Shown here one piece after another: positions 1-10,205 of a DNA stretch of 64,000 bases. The stretch covers positions 132,465-196,464 of the forward strand of contig CAYMNZ010000001.1 in NCBI GenBank assembly GCA_964391975.1, read 5' to 3'. The stretch's first letter is position 1; every line of letters starts with the position of its first letter. The DNA is from an uncultured Candidatus Saccharibacteria bacterium. Its GTDB lineage: Bacteria > Patescibacteriota > Minisyncoccia > Phycocordibacterales > Phycocordibacteraceae. A program made the translations under genes and the position numbers. The notes beneath the pieces were generated by a model that worked only from the letters and a program-made list of their open reading frames with translations, had not been told where the DNA came from and ran no database searches.

Positions 1-306
1 TCCTCAGGCACCGTGTATGTGGCGGACGGCAAAATGCGTGGAGACTTCACTACCGTGGTCGCAGCGCTCGGAGGCAAGATTGTGGAGTCGTACATGATTT
101 CAACTGACGGCTATGTCTACACCTGGAGCAACCTCTTGCCACAGGGAATGAAGATGCAGATAAGTACTTCAGGAGATACGGCGACGCAGGGCGGTATGGA
201 TGCATCTGCTGCCGTTGATTACCACTGCGCTCCCTGGAATGTCGATGCAAGCCGCTTCACTGTTCCTACGAACGTGAAGTTCACCACGGTCGGCGGCGTA
301 CAGTAG
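1..306 (+). CDS. C-terminal fragment of an unidentified protein (gene starts upstream of the window)
   Basis: Open frame running into the window start; stop at 304-306; no recognisable motif. Confidence 0.3.
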   Translation, partial: SSGTVYVADGKMRGDFTTVVAALGGKIVESYMISTDGYVYTWSNLLPQGMKMQISTSGDTATQGGMDASAAVDYHCAPWNVDASRFTVPTNVKFTTVGGVQ

Positions 307-344
307 TGCAGCGTACCGGACTACCTCCGGTATACTGAGAGGAA

Positions 345-1319
345 ATGCGGCGTACACTTTTCAAATGGATTGGCGGGACAGTGCTCGCAATTGTGCTTCT
401 CTCACTTGCCTACGCAGGATTATTCGGTCCAGATGGGAAATCCACAGAGTTCGAGGAATTTCTGATTGAGCCGGACGACTCGCTTGCAGAAGTGTCGGAA
501 GCACTGGCCTCGCGCGGGCTGATTCGAAACACCTTTGGGTTCAGTATCGCCTACGCGCGCATGGCCGGCACCATCGAAACGTATCCGGGAGGGTATGAAC
601 TCTCCACGTCTATGGATGCGTGGACCGTTGCAAAGATTCTTTCGGGTCCACCAAAGCTTGCGTGGGTGCGCATTCCGGAAGGGTATCGCAAGGAACAGAT
701 TGCGGAGCTCCTTATGAAGACCCTCGGATGGACGGAAGAGGAACGTGAACGTTGGGTTACGGTGGATACTGAAACTTCCGCAAACGAAAAGGAAGGAGTG
801 TATTTCCCAGACATCTACCTCATCCCAACTGATCAAAGCACGGCAGAAGTTGCTGCTCGTCTTAAGGAGCGGTTTACGCACGAGACCAAGTTGCTTCGAG
901 AGGAGGCTTTGGCTTCCGGTATTGATTGGGAGGAGGCGCTTATCATCGCGTCGTTAATTGAGAGGGAATCAAACGGAAGGGACGACCAAGAACTTATCGC
1001 TGGCATCATTATGAATCGACTCGAAGATGGCATGCCCCTTGGCATCGACGCGACGCTCCAGTACATACGTGGGGAAAGTGGTGCGTGGTGGCCGGTGCCG
1101 CAATCAGAAGACAAGTACCTTGAGTCTCCCTACAACACGTATTTCCGCCCAGGGCTTCCGCCGCACCCTATTGCAAACCCAAGTCTGGAATCAATTGCCG
1201 CAGCAATTCGTCCCTCAGCTACCTCCTGCCTCTACTATTTGCATGACTATGACGGCGAGATTCATTGCTCCACCAACTACCGTGCACACGTAGCGAACGT
1301 CAATCGATACCTCAAATAG
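345..1319 (+). CDS. mltG: Endolytic murein transglycosylase MltG (YceG-like)
   Basis: N-terminal TM helix followed by a YceG-like domain (IASLIERES, GLPPHPIANP); length 324 aa typical for MltG. Confidence 0.8.
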   Translation: MRRTLFKWIGGTVLAIVLLSLAYAGLFGPDGKSTEFEEFLIEPDDSLAEVSEALASRGLIRNTFGFSIAYARMAGTIETYPGGYELSTSMDAWTVAKILSGPPKLAWVRIPEGYRKEQIAELLMKTLGWTEEERERWVTVDTETSANEKEGVYFPDIYLIPTDQSTAEVAARLKERFTHETKLLREEALASGIDWEEALIIASLIERESNGRDDQELIAGIIMNRLEDGMPLGIDATLQYIRGESGAWWPVPQSEDKYLESPYNTYFRPGLPPHPIANPSLESIAAAIRPSATSCLYYLHDYDGEIHCSTNYRAHVANVNRYLK

Positions 1320-1341
1320 CGAGTGGTATAGTTAGAGCTTC

Positions 1342-3129
1342 ATGAAAAAGAAGCGCAATTTCAGAGTAAAAGAAGTACTGGCGGTCTACTTCGCGCATGC
1401 GAAGCGGTATCCCGTATCCGTATCGGCAGGCTTCATCTTTACGGCTGGTGCATTCGTTTTCAGCACGATTGTTCCGCTCATCTACAAGGAACTGATTGAT
1501 ACCGCAGCAGCAAACCCAGAACCAACCGCACTTGCGGCAAGCGCAATGCGGGCCATTCTAGCGACTGCAGTAATGTTCATGCTCTTGCGCTTCTGCTTGC
1601 GCCGGGGAGGAAGTGTCGCCAATACCTTCTTTCAGCCGCGCATTATGCGGGACCTTGGGAATACGGCGTTCTCTTATCTCATAGACCACTCCTACCGCTT
1701 CTTCGCGAACAACTTCACGGGTACCTTGGTGCGCCGGGTGACAAAGATTCAGTCTTCGTTCGAAGACTTTGCGGACCGTATGTTCTTCGACTTTGTGCCT
1801 ATTACCGTAACGCTCATTGGTGCCGGTGCGGTGCTGTTCTCTCGTCATTGGATTCTGGGAACTATGTTCAGCGTCTGGGTGGTCATCTTCCTTGCAGTGC
1901 AGTTCGGCATCGTCGCATGGAAGATGAAGTACAACGTTGCCGTCGCAGAGAAGGATTCTGAAGTAGTCGGAGTATTGTCTGATGCCGTCGCCAACGACGT
2001 TACCATCAAGACCTTTGCGAGCGAGGACCACGAGCGTGGCCTATTCGCGAAGGTGGCACAGCAGCTCTCGAAGCTACGCTTCAAGAGCTGGATGATTGAT
2101 GAGGCCATCAACATGGTGCAGGGCCTCCTCATGATTCTCATCGAGTTCCTGCTGTTTTTCGGCGTTATCTATCTCTGGCAGCAGGGAGAAGCGACGGTGG
2201 GAGACTTTATCCTGGTGCAGTCCTACGTCATTCTCGCCATTGACCGCCTCTGGGACCTCGGCCAAGCGTTGCGCCGCCTCTACTCTTCGTTTGCTGACGC
2301 GACTGAGATGGTTGAGATTATGCTTGAGCCTCATGAGATTACGGACGCTCCGAACGCAGGCACACTCAAGGTGAACGAGGGAGCCATCGCCTTCAATAAG
2401 GTTGAGTTCCGTTTCCACGAAGACCGGGCAATACTCAAGGATTTCGATCTTGCGATTAAGGGACACGAGAAGGTAGCGCTTGTGGGTCCATCGGGGGCAG
2501 GCAAAACCACCATCACCAAGCTCCTGCTTCGCTTCCATGACGTGAACGGCGGAGCGCTCACTATTGATGGGCAGGATATTAAGGAGGTAACGCAGCGAAG
2601 TCTTCGTGAGGCAATTGCCTTCGTGCCGCAGGAGCCTATTCTCTTCCACCGCACGCTCATGGAAAACATCCGCTACGGCCGTAAGGACGCTACCGATGAG
2701 GAGGTGGTGGCCGCCGCAGAGAAGGCACACTGTATGGATTTCATCAACAAAGCACCGGAAGGTTTCAAGACGTATGTGGGTGAGCGTGGCATCAAGCTCT
2801 CGGGAGGGGAGCGCCAGCGCATCGCCATTGCACGTGCCATCCTCAAGGACGCACCTATTCTCGTGCTCGATGAGGCAACCTCCTCGCTCGACTCAGAATC
2901 AGAGGCGCTCATTCAGGATGCACTCGCCAAGCTCATGGAAGGCAAGACGGTCATCGCCATTGCACACCGCCTCTCCACTGTTATGAAGATGGACCGCATC
3001 ATCGTGATTGAGGATGGAAAAGTAGTCACGACCGGTACGCACGATGACCTTCTTCAGCACGAGGGCGGACTCTACAAGAAGCTCTGGGAGATTCAGGCAG
3101 GAGGGTTTCTTACGGGAGAGTTGAAGTAG
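1342..3129 (+). CDS. ABC exporter, fused permease/ATPase (MsbA-like)
   Basis: N-terminal 6-TM domain; Walker A GPSGAGKTT; ABC signature LSGGERQRIAIARA; Walker B ILVLDEATS. Confidence 0.85.
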   Translation: MKKKRNFRVKEVLAVYFAHAKRYPVSVSAGFIFTAGAFVFSTIVPLIYKELIDTAAANPEPTALAASAMRAILATAVMFMLLRFCLRRGGSVANTFFQPRIMRDLGNTAFSYLIDHSYRFFANNFTGTLVRRVTKIQSSFEDFADRMFFDFVPITVTLIGAGAVLFSRHWILGTMFSVWVVIFLAVQFGIVAWKMKYNVAVAEKDSEVVGVLSDAVANDVTIKTFASEDHERGLFAKVAQQLSKLRFKSWMIDEAINMVQGLLMILIEFLLFFGVIYLWQQGEATVGDFILVQSYVILAIDRLWDLGQALRRLYSSFADATEMVEIMLEPHEITDAPNAGTLKVNEGAIAFNKVEFRFHEDRAILKDFDLAIKGHEKVALVGPSGAGKTTITKLLLRFHDVNGGALTIDGQDIKEVTQRSLREAIAFVPQEPILFHRTLMENIRYGRKDATDEEVVAAAEKAHCMDFINKAPEGFKTYVGERGIKLSGGERQRIAIARAILKDAPILVLDEATSSLDSESEALIQDALAKLMEGKTVIAIAHRLSTVMKMDRIIVIEDGKVVTTGTHDDLLQHEGGLYKKLWEIQAGGFLTGELK

Positions 3130-3131
3130 CT

Positions 3132-3677
3132 ATGAAAAACGCCATCATCCTGCATGGCACGGGGACGAAGAATACGGATTTCTGGTTTCCGTACCTCAAA
3201 GAAAAACTCGAAGCAAAAGGTTACGATGTCTGGCTTCCGCAACTTCCAAACGACGAAACACCAAACCTGAAAGACTGGCTTGGCTTTGTGCTTGAGAACG
3301 GGACGTTCACTGAGGAAACGGTGCTCGTGGGTCACTCGGCTGGCTCGCAATTTATCCTCAGTATTCTCGAGAACCTCACGACGCCTATCAAGAAAGCTAT
3401 TCTTGTATCCGGATATGCAAAGGTGCTTCGCGCCACTTCCGAAGCCCCGAAGAACACACAGGAGCCCAACTGGGCGGCTATCAAAGGCAAGGCGAAGGAA
3501 TTTGTTTTTATAAACTCTGATAACGACCCTTGGGGCTGTAATGACAAAGAAGGCGCAATTATGGTCGAACACTTAGGAGGCGAGCAGATTGTTATGGCAG
3601 GGGAAGGGCACATGGGCTCCACCACCTATAACCAGCCGTACAAGGAGTTCCCGCTCCTCAACGAGTTGGTTTCTTAG
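3132..3677 (+). CDS. Alpha/beta serine hydrolase, RBBP9/YdeN family
   Basis: GHSAG nucleophile elbow; ~180 aa; similar to YdeN-like esterases. Confidence 0.6.
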   Translation: MKNAIILHGTGTKNTDFWFPYLKEKLEAKGYDVWLPQLPNDETPNLKDWLGFVLENGTFTEETVLVGHSAGSQFILSILENLTTPIKKAILVSGYAKVLRATSEAPKNTQEPNWAAIKGKAKEFVFINSDNDPWGCNDKEGAIMVEHLGGEQIVMAGEGHMGSTTYNQPYKEFPLLNELVS

Positions 3678-4279
3678 AAGCTCACCTGTTCTTCGAACGG
3701 CTTTGTGCCATCAATGACAAGGTCTGCGTGACCCTTTGGGTTGTTACGCTCCATGTATTCCTGCTCTGATGCAATCCATCCTTTCCAAAGCGTGGTTATT
3801 TCGTCGAGCGGTTTTCCTGTAATCTTGTCGCGCTCAATCCCGCGTTCAAGACAAAGCTCTTTCGGTGTATCCACGAAGATGGAGAGGCTTATATAGTCTC
3901 TGAATTCCTTTCTCGACGAACTGACTCCTTCAAGAATCATGAGGTCAGTCACGGGCTGGTCGACGACTGGTCCCGGAACATTATTGTCCCACCACTGCGT
4001 ACGAGGATAGTTGAGCGTAGTCGCTCCGTTCTTGATTGGTTCGAACACGCGCTCAATAACCAGCGGCCACCAATCAAATGGATTCTCCCAGCTCGCAAAA
4101 TCGTCCTGCCGGACTATTTGAGCCCCTAGTTTCTCTGCGAGAAGTGTGGCGAACGTAGATTTACCAGACCCTCCATGCCCATCAACCGCTATGAAGCGAA
4201 CGTGCCCAACCTTCGGTTCCTTGGAAGCGATGAGCGCCGTCACATTTGTCATAGGGAGAGTATACCGTTGACGCACCAT
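3674..4279 (-). CDS. P-loop nucleoside/nucleotide kinase-like protein
   Basis: Walker A GHGGSGKST near the N-terminus; ~200 aa uridine-kinase-like fold. Confidence 0.55.
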   Translation of the reverse strand: MVRQRYTLPMTNVTALIASKEPKVGHVRFIAVDGHGGSGKSTFATLLAEKLGAQIVRQDDFASWENPFDWWPLVIERVFEPIKNGATTLNYPRTQWWDNNVPGPVVDQPVTDLMILEGVSSSRKEFRDYISLSIFVDTPKELCLERGIERDKITGKPLDEITTLWKGWIASEQEYMERNNPKGHADLVIDGTKPFEEQVSF

Positions 4280-4326
4280 ATATATACGGTATGGTAGGGA
4301 AGTAACGGCCGCGAGGCCGATTTTCT

Positions 4327-6132
4327 ATGGAAATCAGGAACATCGCTATCATCGCTCACGTGGACCACGGTAAGACCACCCTTACTGACGCCTTGCTGCG
4401 TCAGACGGGTGCTGTGGCAGACACCGCAGCCTCCATGGACTCCAACACGCTCGAGAAGGAGCGCGGCATCACCATCTACTCCAAGAACGCTTCGGTGGAG
4501 TACAAGGGCACCAAAATCAACATCGTCGATACCCCAGGACACGCGGACTTCGGTTCCGAGGTGGAGCGCGTGCTGCGCTCGATTGACTCCGTGCTCCTCA
4601 TCGTCGACGCCCAGGAAGGCCCAATGCCCCAGACCCGTTTCGTACTTAAGAAGTCCCTTGAGCTCGGACTTAAGCCAATCGTGGTGTTGAACAAGATTGA
4701 TAAGCCTGCTGCAGACCCTGCACGCGCAGAGGAGCAGGTGCTTGAGCTCTTCTTCGAGCTCGGTGCTAACGAGGAGCAGTCCAACTTCCCAGTGGTCTAC
4801 GCCATTGGTCGCGACGGTGTTGCCGCTAAGACGCTCGCAGACATGCCAAGTAATGGTGGAGCCGCTCGCGACCTCACCCAGCTTCTTGATGTCGTGCTTG
4901 AGCACGTACCACCAGCATCCACTCCAGACGCAGTCAGCAAGCCGCTTAAGCTTCAGGCTTTCAACCTTGGTTACGACAACTTCCTTGGTCGCCTTGCTAT
5001 CGCTCGCATCTACGAAGGCTCCGTACATCCAGGAGATAACGTTATCGAGAAGAACCCAGACGGCACGACCCGTACCGGCAAGCTCACCAAGATTTTCACC
5101 TTCAAGGGACTTGAGCGTGTTGAGGCAACCGTTGCAGAAGCAGGCGACATCGCCCTTATCGCAGGCCTTCCAGAGATTTACATCGGAGAGACCGTCACCA
5201 CCGACCCATCAGTCGAGCCAATGCCTGCAATTGCCATTGATGAGCCGACCATCAGCGTGAACTTCCTCGTGAACAACTCACCGTTTGCTGGTAAGGAAGG
5301 AAAGTACGTGACCAGTCGCCAGCTGCGCGAGTACCTTGAGCGCGAGCTCCAGGTGAACGTTGGACTTAAGGTTGATTTCAATTCAACGGACTCCTTCAAG
5401 ATTTCAGGACGTGGCGAGCTTCACATCGCGATTCTCCTTGAGAACATGCGCCGCGCAGGCTACGAAATGCAGGTCTCCCAGCCGCAGGTCATCATTCGCG
5501 AAGAGGAGGGCAAGAAGCTCGAGCCGTTTGAGGAGGTCATCATCGATATCCCAAGCGAGTACCAGGGTGCTGTTATCGAGCGCCTCGGCACCCGCGCCTT
5601 TGTGCTTCAGAACCTTGTGCAGCATGACAACAGCGTACGCCTCACACTTGAGGGCCCTACTCGTGGACTCCTTGGGTACAAGAACATTTTCGTCGTTGAT
5701 ACCAAGGGCGAAGGAATCCTCTCCTCCCGTGTTATCGGCTTCAAGCCACACGCAGGTGAAATCAAGAAGCGTCAGGTAGGTTCGATGATTTCCATGACCA
5801 CTGGCAAGTCGCTTGGCTACGCACTCTGGTACCTCCAGGAGCGCGGCGTCCTCTACATCAACCCAGCAACGGAAGTCTACGAGGGCATGGTGGTGGGCAA
5901 CACCTCTAAGGGCGAGGAAATGATGGTGAACCCAACTAAGGGTAAGAACCAGTCTAACGTCCGTTCTTCCGGTAACGATGAGGCCATTAACCTCTTTCCA
6001 CCGATTCTCCTTACGATTGAGCGCGGACTCGAGCTCATGGGCGAGGACGAGTATCTCGAGATTACGCCAGAGAGCGTGCGCCTACGCAAGCAGTTCTTGA
6101 CTGAGACTGACCGCGCTAAGGCTCGTCGCTAA
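4327..6132 (+). CDS. typA: Translational GTPase TypA/BipA
   Basis: AHVDHGKTTL, DTPGHADF, NKIDK GTPase motifs; 601 aa; BipA-type C-terminal domain. Confidence 0.9.
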   Translation: MEIRNIAIIAHVDHGKTTLTDALLRQTGAVADTAASMDSNTLEKERGITIYSKNASVEYKGTKINIVDTPGHADFGSEVERVLRSIDSVLLIVDAQEGPMPQTRFVLKKSLELGLKPIVVLNKIDKPAADPARAEEQVLELFFELGANEEQSNFPVVYAIGRDGVAAKTLADMPSNGGAARDLTQLLDVVLEHVPPASTPDAVSKPLKLQAFNLGYDNFLGRLAIARIYEGSVHPGDNVIEKNPDGTTRTGKLTKIFTFKGLERVEATVAEAGDIALIAGLPEIYIGETVTTDPSVEPMPAIAIDEPTISVNFLVNNSPFAGKEGKYVTSRQLREYLERELQVNVGLKVDFNSTDSFKISGRGELHIAILLENMRRAGYEMQVSQPQVIIREEEGKKLEPFEEVIIDIPSEYQGAVIERLGTRAFVLQNLVQHDNSVRLTLEGPTRGLLGYKNIFVVDTKGEGILSSRVIGFKPHAGEIKKRQVGSMISMTTGKSLGYALWYLQERGVLYINPATEVYEGMVVGNTSKGEEMMVNPTKGKNQSNVRSSGNDEAINLFPPILLTIERGLELMGEDEYLEITPESVRLRKQFLTETDRAKARR

Positions 6133-6152
6133 CGGGTGGTATTCTAGAGGGC

Positions 6153-6842
6153 ATGGGACTCTTCATTGAGATTGCCTTCCTCCTCATCATTGTGATGGTG
6201 AACCGTCTCGGGTTCATCTACGTCGTTAACCGCAGGCTCCACCTGACGCTTTCGAAGAATCCGCTCCTCACCTTCCTTTATTTCATCTTGATGACGGTGG
6301 TGCTTGCCGTCCTTTTTCCGCACTACGCGGCTGTTCTGTTCCAGTCAGGTTCAACCATGGCGATTTTGTTCTGTCTCTTTGTGCTCTTTATCATCAATCC
6401 TTGGGTGTACGCGCGCCTCAAGGAACTCCACCAAACCCCTTCAAAGCTTGCAGAAGCGTTCCCGGACCAGCAGTTCCTCCTCATTGATACACGCTTCCTG
6501 TTCTCCAAGACCTCAGACGTTATCTTCCAGCAGGTGGCGGTGGGCATCATGCTTCTCATTCTCTCCGAAGCAGGTATCCCAATGAGTGAGCTAGTGCCGC
6601 TCGCCGCACTTGTGTTTGCAATCATTCACCTCCACATGTTCTTCGCGACCAGAATACTGTGGGCTACGTACTTCACCATTAGCGCCACTCTTGGCGGCTT
6701 CATGCTCCCATTCCTTATCCTTGGTGTTCCGGGCGGTATCTATTACGCGATTGTGATTCACATGCTCTGGTATGTGGGCAGTGGTGCACTCTTTGGTGCA
6801 ATCGAAGCAGTTGAACGTGGGATTAACCGACGCAAGGCATGA
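6153..6842 (+). CDS. Polytopic membrane protein (possible CPBP/Abi-type intramembrane protease; weak)
   Basis: 6-7 predicted TM helices; FAIIH motif resembles FxxxH of CPBP proteases but EExxxR is not clear. Confidence 0.4.
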   Translation: MGLFIEIAFLLIIVMVNRLGFIYVVNRRLHLTLSKNPLLTFLYFILMTVVLAVLFPHYAAVLFQSGSTMAILFCLFVLFIINPWVYARLKELHQTPSKLAEAFPDQQFLLIDTRFLFSKTSDVIFQQVAVGIMLLILSEAGIPMSELVPLAALVFAIIHLHMFFATRILWATYFTISATLGGFMLPFLILGVPGGIYYAIVIHMLWYVGSGALFGAIEAVERGINRRKA

Positions 6843-7735
6843 ACTACGGTCCGCTCTTAATTTTCATTGCAGCAGTGCTGTGGGGCATTGATGGACTCTT
6901 GCGCCGTGCGCTCTTTGACCTGCCGCCGGCGACTATTGTCTTCTACGAACATTTGATTGGACTCATCCTTATCTCGCCGTTTTTGATTCGTGCATGGAAG
7001 ACGGAGAAACTCACAAAGCAGGAGTGGGGAGCAATGCTTTTGGTCGCGCTTCTTTCAGGCGTGCTCGGCACCATCTTCTTCACGAGCGCGCTCCTGGCGG
7101 TAGGGTTCATTCCGTTCTCGGTGGTGTTCTTGCTTCAGAAGCTCCAGCCAGTGTTTACGGTTGCCACTGCAGCGGTCGTACTTAAGGAGCGCGTACGCCC
7201 GCTTTACTTCCTATGGGCTGTCGTCGCACTTATCGCTGGATACTTTGTTACGTTCCCGAACGGACAAATAAACCTCATCGACGGCCAGGGACAAGTGGCT
7301 GCTGCACTCTTCGCGCTTCTTGCAGCAATTGCCTGGGGCTCCTCAACCGCTTTCTCTCGCTTCACACTGCTTTCGCACGACAACACGTTCATCACGGGTC
7401 TTAGATTCCTCCTCACGGTCCCCATCGCCCTCATCTTTGTATACGCACTTGGAGCAGGGGAATCCCTTGTGAATGTGACGCTCAACCACCTCCTTATTCT
7501 TGGATTGATTGCGGTTTCAACCGGCATGCTCGCTCTCTGGATTTACTATCGGGGACTGCGCACCACTCCCGCCAGTGTTTCGACCATCGTCGAGCTTGCG
7601 TTCCCACTCACCGCCATTGCCATCGACTTCTTTGTCTATGGCGTGACCTTGGCGCCAAGTCAGTACCTTGCAGCAGCCGTCCTGCTAGGCTCTATGTACG
7701 CGGTGGCACGGCTCCCCCTTGTGAAAGCAACGTAA
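6839..7735 (+). CDS. DMT/EamA family transporter
   Basis: 10-TM two-repeat architecture; start overlaps the previous stop by 4 nt. Confidence 0.7.
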   Translation: MNYGPLLIFIAAVLWGIDGLLRRALFDLPPATIVFYEHLIGLILISPFLIRAWKTEKLTKQEWGAMLLVALLSGVLGTIFFTSALLAVGFIPFSVVFLLQKLQPVFTVATAAVVLKERVRPLYFLWAVVALIAGYFVTFPNGQINLIDGQGQVAAALFALLAAIAWGSSTAFSRFTLLSHDNTFITGLRFLLTVPIALIFVYALGAGESLVNVTLNHLLILGLIAVSTGMLALWIYYRGLRTTPASVSTIVELAFPLTAIAIDFFVYGVTLAPSQYLAAAVLLGSMYAVARLPLVKAT

Positions 7736-7911
7736 GCGTGCTACGGTATTCCTACAACGTCACTCCAGTTTCCGTCTTGAGAGATACTCAAGACCCGGGA
7801 AGGAAAGTGTAAGCAATCTCGGAACTCTCAGGACGTTGCGGCCCCGCCCGAGCCCATCGAGCTCTATAACTCATTGCGCGACCGACCGTCGCGCGGAACA
7901 CATACATTCTT

Positions 7912-9363
7912 ATGAATCAGTCGCATTCAGGTAATACAAGTAACGGTAATAAATCAGGTGGTGCACGCCCTCGTCGCCCTATGGGCGGAGGTGGTGGACG
8001 TCCCTTCAACCGCCGTGGCCCAGCGCGCAGCAGCGCGTACGAGGCAGGCATGCGCTTTGCGCAGGAGGGATGGAAACCCCCAGTCACCGCATCAAGCTAT
8101 GACCTCAAGGAACATGGCATGGGCGGAGGCAGTCGTGGTCCTCGCACGAGCGCCCCTCGCAGCGGAGGAGCATCAGGAGGCTACCGCGGTAACAACAACA
8201 CCGGCCCTCGTGGAGGACGCGGCGGACCTCGCCGTGGCGGAGGTGGTCGCCGTGGCGCAGACCCCGTCTTCGACGTTTCTCGTTTCATTAACAAGGCAAC
8301 TCCCGTAGCGGACGTTGAGGTCTTCGTACCCACCACTGCATTTGTTGATCTTCCTATTAGCGAACAGCTCAAGGACAACATCATTGGTAAGGGCTACACC
8401 ACCCCAACTCCTATTCAGGACCAGGCTATCCCCCAGATTCTTATGGGCAAGGATGTCGTTGGACTTGCAAACACCGGTACCGGAAAGACCGGAGCCTTTC
8501 TTATTCCGCTTATTGAGAAGGTGATTAAGGACCGCACTGAGCGCGTTCTCATCATGGTGCCAACCCGTGAGCTCGCTATTCAGATTGAGCAGGAGTTCTT
8601 TGGCTTCGCGAAGATGCTTCGCATCGCTTCCGTCACTTGTGTGGGTGGCGCGAACATCGTGCCGCAGATTCGCACGCTTGCTCGTGATCCAGCATTTGTC
8701 ATTGGTACGCCAGGACGCCTTAAGGACCTTATGGAGCGCAGGAAGCTCGACCTCTCGAAGTTCCGCACCGTCGTGCTCGATGAGGCTGACCGCATGCTCG
8801 ACATGGGATTCATCGACGATATGCGCTTCATCCTTTCGCAGATGATTAGGGAGCGTCACACGCTTTTCTTCTCCGCCACCATGGGTCGTGAGATTGAGCG
8901 CCTTATTGGTGACTTCCTCAAAGATCCCGTCCAGATTTCGGTGAAGACTCGCGACACTGCAGCAACCATCGACCAGGACGTGGTGCGCGTTGAGCCGTCT
9001 CGCAAGTTCGATCGTCTCGTCGAGCTCCTTAAGGACCCTGAGTTCGATAAGGTACTCGTCTTCGGTAAGACCAAGCACGGTGTGGAGCGTCTTGCCCGTG
9101 ACCTTAAGCGCGCTGGGATTGAGGCTGACTCTATTCACGGCGACAAGACTCACGGTAGGCGCCAGCAGGCCCTCGGCCTCTTCAAGAAGGACCATGTCCA
9201 GGTGCTTGTGGCTACCGACGTGGCAGCACGCGGTCTCGACATCTCTGGGGTCTCCCACGTGATTAACTACGACCTTCCGCAGTCCTACGAGGACTATACC
9301 CACCGCATTGGCCGCACCGGCCGCGCAGGGAAGGCAGGACGCGCCCTCACGTTCATCTCGTAA
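7912..9363 (+). CDS. DEAD-box ATP-dependent RNA helicase with Gly/Arg-rich N-terminal extension
   Basis: Q motif TPTPIQ, motif I ANTGTGKT, DEAD (VLDEAD), SAT, HRIGRTGRAG; first ~125 aa RGG/GGR low complexity. Confidence 0.9.
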   Translation: MNQSHSGNTSNGNKSGGARPRRPMGGGGGRPFNRRGPARSSAYEAGMRFAQEGWKPPVTASSYDLKEHGMGGGSRGPRTSAPRSGGASGGYRGNNNTGPRGGRGGPRRGGGGRRGADPVFDVSRFINKATPVADVEVFVPTTAFVDLPISEQLKDNIIGKGYTTPTPIQDQAIPQILMGKDVVGLANTGTGKTGAFLIPLIEKVIKDRTERVLIMVPTRELAIQIEQEFFGFAKMLRIASVTCVGGANIVPQIRTLARDPAFVIGTPGRLKDLMERRKLDLSKFRTVVLDEADRMLDMGFIDDMRFILSQMIRERHTLFFSATMGREIERLIGDFLKDPVQISVKTRDTAATIDQDVVRVEPSRKFDRLVELLKDPEFDKVLVFGKTKHGVERLARDLKRAGIEADSIHGDKTHGRRQQALGLFKKDHVQVLVATDVAARGLDISGVSHVINYDLPQSYEDYTHRIGRTGRAGKAGRALTFIS

Positions 9364-9424
9364 CCCCCATTTGTTCAATTCCTCCCAGAGGGTATGCTAT
9401 AGGGCATTACCCCCTGGAAAGTAA

Positions 9425-10117
9425 TTGAGACATATGGATAACAAAACGTTTTTCGAGAAATACGGTACTGCGCTCGCCCTTTTGGTCGGGTTGGTACTCA
9501 TTGCAGGTGCACTCATGTACGGACGCGGCGCAAGCATGCCTACCGATGGTGCGGGAGGAGAGCCTGCGGCAGTTGATATCAAGGACGTGAAGACGGAGGG
9601 TTCGCCCTTTGTTGGAAGTGTAGACGCGCCAGTTACGATGGCAGTCTGGTTCGACTTCCAGTGCAGCTACTGCAAGTCTTACGAGAGCGGTACGTTGGCG
9701 AGCGTGACGGCCGACTATGTCGCCGACGGAAAGGTTCGCATTGTGTACAAGGATTTCCAGTTCCTCGGTCCAGCGTCCCTTGAAACCGCGCTCTACTCGC
9801 GCGCAGTTTGGGATGCGTATCCAGATAAGTGGGGCGGATGGTTCCATGCGGTTATGACGGGAGGTGGAGAAAACACTCTCGCTCGTGCCGGACTTGACGC
9901 AGCCGCTGTCGCACAGGGTATGGATGCCGCGCAAATCGCTACGCTCCTCACCAGCAACAAGGCAAAGTATGAGGCGGCAATTGAAGCCGACAGGACCGAA
10001 GGCGGTACCTTTGGCATCAACGGTACGCCAGGCTCAATCGTGGGTACCACACTCATCAGCGGCGCACAGCCGTACTCGATGGTGAAGCCTTTGATTGACG
10101 CAGAACTCGCGAAGTAA
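9425..10117 (+). CDS. DsbA-family thiol:disulfide oxidoreductase (membrane-anchored)
   Basis: N-terminal TM helix; thioredoxin-fold CxxC (FQCSYCKSYE). Confidence 0.75.
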   Translation: MRHMDNKTFFEKYGTALALLVGLVLIAGALMYGRGASMPTDGAGGEPAAVDIKDVKTEGSPFVGSVDAPVTMAVWFDFQCSYCKSYESGTLASVTADYVADGKVRIVYKDFQFLGPASLETALYSRAVWDAYPDKWGGWFHAVMTGGGENTLARAGLDAAAVAQGMDAAQIATLLTSNKAKYEAAIEADRTEGGTFGINGTPGSIVGTTLISGAQPYSMVKPLIDAELAK

Positions 10118-10205
10118 TCACACACTTCTTCAAAACACCGCCCAGCTGGGCGGTGTTTTGTTATACACACGTAGTGCTCATGACGTGTGTGCTAGACAGA
10201 GGTAT

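Noticed and set aside
2074-2730. Minus-strand ORFs inside the ABC transporter gene
   Set aside because: They are antisense to a strongly supported ABC exporter with Walker A/B and signature motifs.
8173-9378. 401-aa ORF on the minus strand
   Set aside because: It lies entirely antisense to the well-supported DEAD-box helicase gene. The sequence is low-complexity with no motifs. It is a typical GC-rich antisense artefact.
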